Below the pieces are notes generated by a model. It had not been told where the DNA came from and did no database searches. It saw nothing but the letters and a program-made list of their open reading frames with translations. DNA of 64,000 bases from an uncultured virus (IMG/VR IMGVR_UViG_3300037322_000284) (taxonomy: Duplodnaviria > Heunggongvirae > Uroviricota > Caudoviricetes), in the IMG/VR virus record IMGVR_UViG_3300037322_000284; one strand, given 5' to 3'. Positions 19,002 through 27,391 of this stretch are shown one piece after another; the first letter of the stretch is position 1, and every line of letters starts with the position of its first letter. The position numbers were made by a program, and so were the translations under genes.

Positions 19002-19519
19002 AAAAAGAAACAGAAATTATATCTGATATTTATAGACAATTGTATAAAGAGTCAGAACCAAGTGTAGATTTTGATAGTCTTGTGGAAAAAGCAACTATTA
19101 ATGAGAGAGGGCAGAATAGCATACCTTTTGATTCCTATTTTTTGGCGCAGGAAAGACAAGACCAAATAACTGAAGATCACTTAAAAGGTAAAAAGCTTAC
19201 CAAGATTAAAAAACAAATGATAAAGAATACCATCCTTTTAGGGTGCTCACCTTGCTCAGTTGACTTTTATTACAAATTGACACGTACTGACGGTTTAGTT
19301 CGGGAGTCTAAGAGAGTTCGATGGTTAGAGTTTGATGAAAACGGTTTGTTTAAAGAGTGGTATAATGATGTTCAAGTAGGGAGAAGTCTATTAATGTCTC
19401 CATTTAACAGTTATTACACTTGGCAAACTACACTGGTGAAAGAAATTTTAGAATTTAATGAGTTTAAGACGGGGAATTCAGAGTATAAATTAGAACGTAT
19501 AATTATTAGAAATGAGTGA
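18998..19519 (+). CDS. hypothetical protein
   Basis: 173-aa ORF; C-terminal GRSLLMSPFNSYYTWQTT...FKTGNSEYKL module. Confidence 0.7.
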   Translation: MKKETEIISDIYRQLYKESEPSVDFDSLVEKATINERGQNSIPFDSYFLAQERQDQITEDHLKGKKLTKIKKQMIKNTILLGCSPCSVDFYYKLTRTDGLVRESKRVRWLEFDENGLFKEWYNDVQVGRSLLMSPFNSYYTWQTTLVKEILEFNEFKTGNSEYKLERIIIRNE

Positions 19520-20432
19520 TTACCTACAGACAAAATTTCAATACTACCCAAGTGATATTAGAATTACAAAGCCTCTGGGGGATGTTAGTCTATATGAATA
19601 CTTAAAGGCTGTTAAACAACCGAAACCTCACATTTTAGAAACATTTAAAGAAATCGAAAGGGTTAGTTTAATTGGTGACTTGAAAACTAAAGCAGAGTTA
19701 AAAGCCAAACTCCCTTATTTTACTCCGTGTATTTATTCTAATGGAGAGGGGAGAAGTTATCAGCATATTGAAAGTTGGACAGGGTTAATGATAGTTGATA
19801 TAGACGGTTTAGATATTGAATTTGCCAAAGAGTTTAAAGAATATCTGTTCAATACTTATCCATTTTTTATTGCGGTTTTTTTGTCAGCCTCAAAGAAAGG
19901 TATTAAAGTTATTGTGAAAATTCCTATATGTAAAAGTACGGACGAATTTAAAGCTTACTTTTACGGTTTAATGGTAGAATTTCAGCATTATAGAGGAATA
20001 GATTTCACCAGCAAAAACTCAGCTTTGGCGAACTATTTAACATACGACACAGAGTTGTTATATAGATTAGATGCAACTACTTGGAATAAAAGAGGTTTAC
20101 AGTTGGACGAGTTTCAGGTTTACGAGGGCGAAATAGAAACAGTGGAGAACCCTTCGGAAGAAGATATTTATGAAATTAAAAGAATAATTAAAGGTATCTT
20201 TTCTAAAATTACAGATTCAGGTCACATATTTGTTAGAAATGGCTCTCTAGTTGGGGGTGGATATATTTCTGCGGGTTATATAGAATATGATGATATGAAA
20301 GACTTTTTATTAGATTTGATAGATAATACAGAATATTTACAAAAGTCCCTTAAAACGTATAAAACGACTTGTTTAGATATGTTACGCCGAGGAATGATGT
20401 CACCAATTTATTTGCGCAAAGATGAAAAATAA
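19512..20432 (+). CDS. BT4734/VirE-N-type primase-polymerase (AEP)
   Basis: LKAKLPYFTP, TGLMIVDID, FLSASKKGIK, LTYD. Confidence 0.8.
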   Translation: MSDYLQTKFQYYPSDIRITKPLGDVSLYEYLKAVKQPKPHILETFKEIERVSLIGDLKTKAELKAKLPYFTPCIYSNGEGRSYQHIESWTGLMIVDIDGLDIEFAKEFKEYLFNTYPFFIAVFLSASKKGIKVIVKIPICKSTDEFKAYFYGLMVEFQHYRGIDFTSKNSALANYLTYDTELLYRLDATTWNKRGLQLDEFQVYEGEIETVENPSEEDIYEIKRIIKGIFSKITDSGHIFVRNGSLVGGGYISAGYIEYDDMKDFLLDLIDNTEYLQKSLKTYKTTCLDMLRRGMMSPIYLRKDEK

Positions 20433-20569
20433 AGAATACTTTTTAAGAAAAGATAATTTCAAGATTAAATACATGCCTTTATGTAATTTAACACAATTTC
20501 CACAAAAAATACTTGCACAAAAAGATATTAAACCATATCTTAGCAGAATAGAAATTAGAGAAAAATAAA

Positions 20570-21016
20570 ATGGAAGAAAACAAAATAAAACTTTTCGCCA
20601 AGCAAATAAAGTGTGATGAAAAGTTAGCAGAAAATGAAGTGTTTGTAGAGTTTGATGTAGAAGAGTTGCTAGATCAAATTGAACATAAAGATATTACTGC
20701 TTATGCTAAAATGTGGTGTAACTTAATTTCTCACGAAGAAATAGATTTATCAGATTTTAGTGAGGAAGAATTGGTGACAGCTTTACAAAACATGGGATTT
20801 GATTTTATTTCCGAAGTGGATACCGAAGATATGATAGATGCTATTGAAAGTGACGGATATGAAGTTACCTTAGAAAATGTAGTACTTGACGAGGATTTAG
20901 ACCACACAGACAAACAAATGCTAGATCAAATAGTTAATAAATTCCAAGGTAGTAGTTGGGGAGATAGGGAAGAAATGTATAAAAATTTGATGGTTTTGAA
21001 AGATTTTAAATTATAA
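20570..21016 (+). CDS. highly acidic hypothetical protein
   Basis: 148 aa, D/E-rich with repeated E-L/M-x-x-A-L/I..G-F/Y units. Confidence 0.7.
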   Translation: MEENKIKLFAKQIKCDEKLAENEVFVEFDVEELLDQIEHKDITAYAKMWCNLISHEEIDLSDFSEEELVTALQNMGFDFISEVDTEDMIDAIESDGYEVTLENVVLDEDLDHTDKQMLDQIVNKFQGSSWGDREEMYKNLMVLKDFKL

Positions 21017-21125
21017 CCCCAATCAAGAACACCCTTTAGCTTGAAATTGTTAAACAGGTATTTGGAAGGAGGAAGGGAATTCAATATTTAGAAAATGGAT
21101 TTACAGAATTAATTTGCCCTAAATG

Positions 21126-21251
21126 TACGTTCCGCATATCTTGTGCTGTTACCGATGTGACACAAAATAATAATTTAATTAAACGGGATAATCCCAAACA
21201 CAAAACAATAACAACCAAAGCCTAATACGGTAATAGCTCAAATATGCTGTT
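21126..21251. repeat. attC-like hairpin 1 (degenerate left end)
   Basis: TAC-GTTCC-GCATATCTTGTGCTGTTACCG (21134-54) pairs with CGGTAATAGCTCAAATATGC-T-GTT (21228-51). Confidence 0.7.
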
Positions 21252-21281
21252 ATCACTGCGGTTTTTTATCCCACAACACAA

Positions 21282-21473
21282 ATGAAAACATTTAAAAAAA
21301 TTATCGGATACTTAATTGTATCACTTTTCGCAATAATGATAATATGCTGTTTTGCTTATAATATCTATCAAACTGGTTGGTACTTCATGCTACCCCTAGT
21401 TATTATTTTAGCTTTAGTTGGATTACTTATTTTTGGACTTCGTCTTTTAAGCGACAACGACCAAGCTGAGTGA
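21282..21473 (+). CDS. Cassette 1: small two-TM membrane protein
   Basis: 63 aa with two hydrophobic helices; stop codon lies inside AGTGACAAC. Confidence 0.75.
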   Translation: MKTFKKIIGYLIVSLFAIMIICCFAYNIYQTGWYFMLPLVIILALVGLLIFGLRLLSDNDQAE

Positions 21474-21474
21474 C

Positions 21475-21598
21475 AACGTCCGAGTGCTTGGCGAAGAAGC
21501 GGACTTATGAAAATTATATTTTCAGAAAACAATAAACGCAATTAGAATTACAAAACTTGAATTATAAACTGAACCCGCTTTTTTGCCAAACACTTGTT
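21475..21598. repeat. attC-like hairpin 2
   Basis: AAC-GTCC-GAGTGCTTGGCGAAGAAGCGG (21482-502) pairs with CCGCTTTTTTGCCAAACACTT-GTT (21575-98). Confidence 0.85.
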
Positions 21599-21632
21599 AT
21601 GTGATGAACGGGTTTTAACAACTAAATTAATT

Positions 21633-21935
21633 ATGAAACAATTAGCATCTATTAGAACAAATTTGAGCTTTTCAGTTGAAACAGGAACTACTGAATTAAA
21701 ACCGACAATTGAAATAGTATTGTTGACTTATAAGCCTGAATATTCATTTAATGCAAAAAGTGAAATTCAGCAAAAAAGAGCATTAGACGAAACAAGATTG
21801 ATATTAAGTACTGAAGGACTAAATCAAATGATTGCAAACTTACAATTATCTCTTGCTCAACTTCAACAATATGAACAAATGGGCGTTGCTTTAAATAACG
21901 TTATCAAGGCAATGAAAGTTGATGAAAAACCGTAA
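21633..21935 (+). CDS. Cassette 2: hypothetical protein (100 aa)
   Basis: Probable start MKQLA after A-rich leader, inside the cassette boundaries. Confidence 0.75.
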   Translation: MKQLASIRTNLSFSVETGTTELKPTIEIVLLTYKPEYSFNAKSEIQQKRALDETRLILSTEGLNQMIANLQLSLAQLQQYEQMGVALNNVIKAMKVDEKP

Positions 21936-21951
21936 ATATAGTTTATCACAT

Positions 21952-22037
21952 AACGGTTGGGTGTATGAGAAGGTTTGCTTAGATGAACTTTCAAATTACC
22001 ACAAATGTTGACAGCAAACTTTCTTATACACCTTGTT
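21952..22037. repeat. attC-like hairpin 3
   Basis: AAC-GGTT-GGGTGTATGAGAAGGTTTGCT (21959-79) pairs with AGCAAACTTTCTTATACACCT-T-GTT (22013-37). Confidence 0.85.
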
Positions 22038-22078
22038 ATATTTAGGTTTGTTTTTGTTTTACCGATTAAAAAAATGAT

Positions 22079-22450
22079 ATGAAAATAGAAAAAGTACATA
22101 ACAAAATTAGATATACACTATCTAACGAAAATCTTAAAGTTAGTGATGAAGTATTTCCAATAGCAAGAGGAAGATGTTTAGATGATGATGATGGATGGAT
22201 ATTACACGATTTAGATTTTCGTGATTTTATGAGTGGTTTTCCTGATGACCCACATATTATAATGGACTTGAATTATGACAATGGGAAACAAGGAAAGGCA
22301 TATCAAGTAAGAACTGATAATGGATATTCACCGATTGAGTGTTACTACAAAATTGTCAAAATAGAAGAAAAGATTAAAGTTAAGGAAAATATATTTGGTG
22401 GTTCTTACGAGTGGGTTGAAATAAAAAACTCAAAACAAAAACAAACTTGA
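22079..22450 (+). CDS. Cassette 3: hypothetical protein (123 aa)
   Basis: Bracketed by a 26-bp inverted repeat (23/26). Confidence 0.75.
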   Translation: MKIEKVHNKIRYTLSNENLKVSDEVFPIARGRCLDDDDGWILHDLDFRDFMSGFPDDPHIIMDLNYDNGKQGKAYQVRTDNGYSPIECYYKIVKIEEKIKVKENIFGGSYEWVEIKNSKQKQT

Positions 22451-22490
22451 ATATAGCTAATATTTGTGTGAATAATCTATAACCATTAAC
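22451..22490. other. Candidate attI-like primary recombination site
   Basis: Cassette 3 repeat ends at ATATAGC (22457) with no hairpin after it; CTATAAC at 22477-83; 51 bp upstream of the integrase. Confidence 0.45.
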
Positions 22491-22508
22491 AAAATCAACA
22501 TATAAGCC

Positions 22509-23312
22509 ATGAATATTCCTAAATACCTCGAAATGTATCGGAAAGACTTAATTTTAAAAAATTACTCTCACAACACGATAAAAAACTATGTCTATCAAGC
22601 AGATTTATTTTTAAGACATCAAGAAAAAGAGTTTACAGAACCATCAAAAGTAAACGAACAAGCAATTAAAAATTGGTTATTGCAATTCAAAACCAGAAAT
22701 GCAATGTGTCATTCATTATCTGCTTTAAAGTTGTTTTATAAAATGACAATTAAGCAACCAAGGAAGTTTCGTTATATTGAATACCCTCGCTCAGAAAAGA
22801 AGCTTCCAAGAATAATTGATAAGTCTTTTCTACTTGATTGTATTTCTAAAATAACAAACACTAAACACAAGGCTGTAATATCACTAGCATATTCAACAGG
22901 GATGAGAGTTTCAGAAGTTTGTAATTTAAAAATATCTGGCATTGACAGTAAAAGAATGGTAATCTCTATTAGACAGTCTAAAGGTAGAAAAGATAGAATC
23001 GTCGCTTTATCCGAGAAGATTTTAGTAATTCTCAGAGTTTATTTTTTAGAGTACAAACCTAAAGAATATTTATTTAATGGTCAATTTACGCAACAATATT
23101 CAACTACAAGTTGCAATCAAATTGTTAAAAAATACTTAGGTAAAGAATTTCACTTTCATCTTTTAAGGCACAGTAACGCCACAGCATTATTAGAAGCGGG
23201 TACGGATTTAAGGATTATTCAGAAACATCTTGGGCACTCAAGCTCAAAAACAACAGAAATATACACACACGTAAGCACTAATATTTTGCAATCAATGTCT
23301 TTACCCATTTAA
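22509..23312 (+). CDS. Tyrosine recombinase/integrase (SAM-like N-domain plus catalytic domain), no IntI I2 insertion
   Basis: YSHNTIKNY; YSTGMRVSE (R), KGRKDR (K), HLLRHS (HxxR), LGHSS (H), TEIYTH (Y). Confidence 0.95.
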   Translation: MNIPKYLEMYRKDLILKNYSHNTIKNYVYQADLFLRHQEKEFTEPSKVNEQAIKNWLLQFKTRNAMCHSLSALKLFYKMTIKQPRKFRYIEYPRSEKKLPRIIDKSFLLDCISKITNTKHKAVISLAYSTGMRVSEVCNLKISGIDSKRMVISIRQSKGRKDRIVALSEKILVILRVYFLEYKPKEYLFNGQFTQQYSTTSCNQIVKKYLGKEFHFHLLRHSNATALLEAGTDLRIIQKHLGHSSSKTTEIYTHVSTNILQSMSLPI

Positions 23313-23468
23313 AACTATTGTGACCCTAATAATAATTTTCTTTTTTATCAAAAATATAAACCAAACTTAGAATACTTAAAATAATCTAATACCCTAATTT
23401 TACATTATTATTTTAGAAACATTAGGGTATATATAAAATTTAAACTACCTTTGTAAAAACTAAACGAT

Positions 23469-23627
23469 ATGGACGGAACGAAATGCGAGGGGACTAATTG
23501 CCCCCTAAAAGAAAAGTGTTATAGATACACTGCAAAAGCAAATGAATATTATCAAAGTTATTTCACTGAGATTCCTTATGATTTTAAAACTAAAAAATGT
23601 GAATATTTATGGAAGCGGAAAACTTAA
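23469..23627 (+). CDS. small Cys-rich phage protein (52 aa)
   Basis: MDGTKCEGTNCPLKEKCYRYTA...QSY...CEY, read by eye after promoter 23446. Confidence 0.65.
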   Translation: MDGTKCEGTNCPLKEKCYRYTAKANEYYQSYFTEIPYDFKTKKCEYLWKRKT

Positions 23628-23845
23628 TAGATTGGTTAGTTAAATTAGACATTGCATTCTACGTCACTACAAAAGAAGTAGACTATGACCCTAAATGTAA
23701 ATCTCACTTGTATTTGAGGGGTTCGCCCGAAAGATTCTCAGGTGCGGATATTATATCTATTTTTGAGAACAAAGCAACTGACGAGATAAACGAAAATTGG
23801 CAATATGCAATTGCCGACCATAACGCATATTTAAAAAGACGTTAA
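23609..23845 (+). CDS. hypothetical protein
   Basis: 78-aa ORF. Confidence 0.6.
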   Translation: MEAENLIDWLVKLDIAFYVTTKEVDYDPKCKSHLYLRGSPERFSGADIISIFENKATDEINENWQYAIADHNAYLKRR

Positions 23846-23847
23846 TT

Positions 23848-24270
23848 ATGGATAAAATATATAAAAAATTAGGTAAAAGGTACGTGGAAGTAGAGCCACA
23901 AAGATTTAAAATAGATTTTTTTGAATTTGCTTTTCTAGTAGAAGCCTGCGTACCAAAACGCCCTATCGCAAGAGCAATGTTTTTTCATAACGTAATTGAT
24001 AAGTACTATTATGAAATGACCTCCGAGGAAAGAGAAAGACTGTTTGAGTGGGTAAACAGGCATAGTGGTTTTCAAGACAGCTTGGAAAAGAATAATGAAG
24101 ATTGTATAGCTTTTAATGCGAGGTTTGATAAAGATAACCAATACTTGGTCTCTACCTTTTTTGCCGAAAAAGAAGGTAAAACAGAAACTTTTAAAATGGG
24201 AGAAAGATATCACACTTCAATAAGCACAAGTGTAAACGAAGAATACATAACTAAAATAGAAAAATTATAA
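23848..24270 (+). CDS. hypothetical protein
   Basis: 140-aa ORF. Confidence 0.7.
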   Translation: MDKIYKKLGKRYVEVEPQRFKIDFFEFAFLVEACVPKRPIARAMFFHNVIDKYYYEMTSEERERLFEWVNRHSGFQDSLEKNNEDCIAFNARFDKDNQYLVSTFFAEKEGKTETFKMGERYHTSISTSVNEEYITKIEKL

Positions 24271-24921
24271 ATGGCGCAATTAAACGTGAATACTCCCTAC
24301 ATAAAATGTCTTTTGAGAAAAGAATTTACGGGGATGGACAAAAACTTAGAAGGGTATATTTTTGGAGCAAAAAGTTTACTAAACTATCCCTTATTGTTTC
24401 ACTTTCAAGGTAGCAATGGAGCTATATTTTGGAATGTATCTATTAACTACTTCTGTCATAAAGAAGACTATGATATATTAAGTGAGAGTGAGGAGACTAG
24501 ATTACAGATGTTAGAGAGTTGGGATTGTCAAAGTAATGCTATTACAGCTACTTGTTTTAAATTTTTGGAGAATAAAATAGTAGATGTTTTTTGCAGGGAC
24601 AAAGCTTGGAGAACAGGCACTTATGTTTTCACTTTAGATGATTATGAAGGAGAACCAAATCAAATTAATGTGGGACATTCCAACAGTATTGACAGTAAAT
24701 GCTTTCACTTCATTTGGTTAGATGATGGTAATATCTGTTTGCAACCTAACAATCTTTGTAGGTGGCACAATGCAGATTTTGTTATTCCATTCGATAAAGC
24801 AAATCCGCCAAAAATAAAAATACAGAAAGATTTAATATTTAGTGAAAATATAGATAGAACTTATGGAAATTCTCCCTATTATTTTTATGGTAACGATAGT
24901 CAAGAAATAGATGGAGTTTAG
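24271..24921 (+). CDS. conserved-looking phage hypothetical protein
   Basis: MAQLNVNTP...WDC...QPNNLCRW, a pattern I recall from aquatic phage proteins; function unknown. Confidence 0.7.
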   Translation: MAQLNVNTPYIKCLLRKEFTGMDKNLEGYIFGAKSLLNYPLLFHFQGSNGAIFWNVSINYFCHKEDYDILSESEETRLQMLESWDCQSNAITATCFKFLENKIVDVFCRDKAWRTGTYVFTLDDYEGEPNQINVGHSNSIDSKCFHFIWLDDGNICLQPNNLCRWHNADFVIPFDKANPPKIKIQKDLIFSENIDRTYGNSPYYFYGNDSQEIDGV

Positions 24922-25524
24922 AAAACCGATACCTGTAGTTTTAAAAGAGACAGGTAAAGATGCAATGGCTATTTATTGTTTTAACGGCGGAACTTTTGAG
25001 AATGATTTATGGACGGTTGCTCTATGTGAAACAGGAGACATAATAACAGTTAGAACCGACCAAATAAAAATGCACGTAAATAAAACTTTTGATATAGAGA
25101 AATGAAATATAAAGTAACAACAAAGTTAGACACACCGTGGTGGAAGAGACTACTACGGTGGTTAAGATTGAGTGAACCTATTGAAGAATTTGAAATAGAG
25201 TTTACAGAAGACTACTTTAGCATAGGGGATATTTTAGATGCCACTAATTGTAAAGTTAAGATAATAGGAAGGGTTTCGGCGAAAAACAGTTAAAACAAAG
25301 GGAATATGAATATTTGGATAAAAACAGAAATATACACTCAAGCAGAACAGAAGATACTAATTCAACCAACACCAGAGTTTGATGGAATAACTGCGCACAT
25401 AAAAGAATTAGACGGTTCGGAAAGTCTAGGAGAATTTTATATAACTCCCGAAGAACTACCTATAATTATCAAAAAGTTGCAAGAAATGATAGAATATGTT
25501 ACAAATTCGGCGAAAAACAATTAA
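24911..25524 (+). CDS. three small hypothetical proteins (24911-25105, 25102-25293, 25306-25524)
   Basis: Tightly packed, overlapping co-oriented ORFs. Confidence 0.6.
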
Positions 25525-25543
25525 AAACAGAAAAATAATTTAA

Positions 25544-27139
25544 ATGGAGTATAATAAGAAAAGAGTATATACAGAAGAACAAGTAGTATTTGTAAGAGAG
25601 CTTGTGGAAAAGGGTAGTGAAGTAACTCCCGCTACAAGACTTATGTGCGAAAAGTTTAGTCTTATTTTTGACGACACTATAGGGAGGTCTTTTAGAAATA
25701 AAATGCAAAAGTCAGGGGTTACTAATAATGTAGTTACTATTGAAGATACAGATGTATTCAAGGAGGCTCAAAATAAGCAACATGACAATACAAAGAAACG
25801 TTTTTTAATTAGTTGGGCTCAATCAGAGACTGATGTCCATAAAGGCTTTCTTAAAAACATAGAAGCGTATGCTGAACATATTGATGCTGAAATTTTAATT
25901 ATTGCAGGGAGGTATCGTTCCCCAACATCTTTAAGTGCGAGTAAAAGTTTAGAAGCAAAGGAAAAAAATGTTGCAAATACTTGGGATAAATCTATATTAC
26001 CATATCTTGATGCGAATAGACATAATATTCACAAACATTTAGTGGTGTTATCAGACGTTAAAATTCAACCTACGGCATCTAATCCACTTTCGTCTTTAAA
26101 TGGGCTTACAAAGGCTGAAAGTTGTATTGTGGGAAGCCCTCGTGTACACTTGAAGTCACTCCCTGTTTTAGACGGTTATCCAAACAAGCTTTTATTAACA
26201 ACAGGTGCGATAACAGTGGAGAACTATACAGATTCAAAAATTGGAAAGTTGGGGGAATTTCATCATCAGTTAGCCTTTATTATAGTAGAGTTAGATGGAG
26301 ATGATTTCCATATTAGGCAAGTTGTTGCTGATGATAAAGGAAATTTTTACGATTTAATATACAGGCTTAAAAATGGAGTCTGCTTAAATAATGAAAAAGG
26401 AGTAGAGGCTATTGTGCTAGGAGACTTGCATTTACCCAATGAAGAAAAAGGTGCTGTAAAGGTTTCTTTAGAAATTATTGATAGATTTAAACCACAACAC
26501 GTTGTCCTTCACGACATTAGCGATATGTGTAGCATAAGTCACCACGAAAAAAGAAATCCTTTTTTATTATTACAACGAGAAAATGATGGTAGTAACTCTT
26601 TACAAAAAGAGCTAGACTATATGATTGATTGGTTTAAAAGTAAAACTCACATTAATTTCATAATCCCATCTGCGAACCATTCGGATTTTTTAGAAAAGTG
26701 GCTACAGAACGAAGATTGGAGAAAAGAAAATAATAAATCTTTATATTTAGAATTTGCAAATATAACCGCTAAAGGATTAGCACCAAAAGGTATTATTGCA
26801 TATTTGTTAGAAAAAGAGTACTCTAATATAAAATGTTTAAGTGTTGACGAGTCTTACAAGGTACTAGATTTTGAGCTTTCCGTCCACGGGAATATTGGCG
26901 CATCGGGAAGCCGTGGTTCAGCAATTCAATACAAAAATTTGAATGTTAAATTAGTCACAGCACACACACATAGTAGCTCACGCCTTGACAACCATTTATG
27001 TGCGGGTACACTAACTAAATTGAGAATGGGATATAATATTGGGATGTCGTCTTGGATAGCTTCTAATGTAGTTATTTATCCCGATGGTAAGGCTTCTCAT
27101 ATACACATTGTTAATAATAAATACACAACTTTATTTTAG
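25544..27139 (+). CDS. T5 A1-like metallophosphoesterase/nuclease
   Basis: GDLH, HDISD..SHH, ANH, HGNIGASGSRG, AHTHS calcineurin-like motifs; size and N-terminal SWAQ/TTGAIT..NY motifs resemble T5 A1. Confidence 0.75.
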   Translation: MEYNKKRVYTEEQVVFVRELVEKGSEVTPATRLMCEKFSLIFDDTIGRSFRNKMQKSGVTNNVVTIEDTDVFKEAQNKQHDNTKKRFLISWAQSETDVHKGFLKNIEAYAEHIDAEILIIAGRYRSPTSLSASKSLEAKEKNVANTWDKSILPYLDANRHNIHKHLVVLSDVKIQPTASNPLSSLNGLTKAESCIVGSPRVHLKSLPVLDGYPNKLLLTTGAITVENYTDSKIGKLGEFHHQLAFIIVELDGDDFHIRQVVADDKGNFYDLIYRLKNGVCLNNEKGVEAIVLGDLHLPNEEKGAVKVSLEIIDRFKPQHVVLHDISDMCSISHHEKRNPFLLLQRENDGSNSLQKELDYMIDWFKSKTHINFIIPSANHSDFLEKWLQNEDWRKENNKSLYLEFANITAKGLAPKGIIAYLLEKEYSNIKCLSVDESYKVLDFELSVHGNIGASGSRGSAIQYKNLNVKLVTAHTHSSSRLDNHLCAGTLTKLRMGYNIGMSSWIASNVVIYPDGKASHIHIVNNKYTTLF

Positions 27140-27391
27140 AAAGTTACAAACAGTTTAACAAAGTTGGAGATACAATTAGATTGTTGTATTTTTGCATTAT
27201 AATTACTCGAACTAGGTTTAGTTATATTTAAGAAATTTAATTTTATATCACATCTAACCATAACCATTATAAATAACAAGCTTGTAGATTAATTTCTTCA
27301 AGCTTTTTTGTTTATTAGATATTTATTCTTATCTTTGTGGGGTAGAAAAGACTGTTTTATTTTCTTTTTTGCGGAAATTAACTTAAAAATA

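Larger units (their letters stand above)
21126..23312 (+). mobile_element. Integron-like cassette array plus tyrosine recombinase
   Basis: Three AAC...GTT hairpins alternating with three genes, each gene with cassette-specific inverted repeats, followed by an integrase. Confidence 0.8.

Noticed and set aside
21126..22457. CRISPR array or simple terminators as an explanation of the hairpins
   Set aside because: There are no identical direct repeats, the spacers are whole genes, the hairpins lack U tracts, and they have conserved AAC/GTT ends.
22509..23312. Ordinary prophage integrase marking lysogeny
   Set aside because: It is too short for an arm-binding domain, no repressor or attP is evident, and it abuts a cassette array. 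Not fully excluded.
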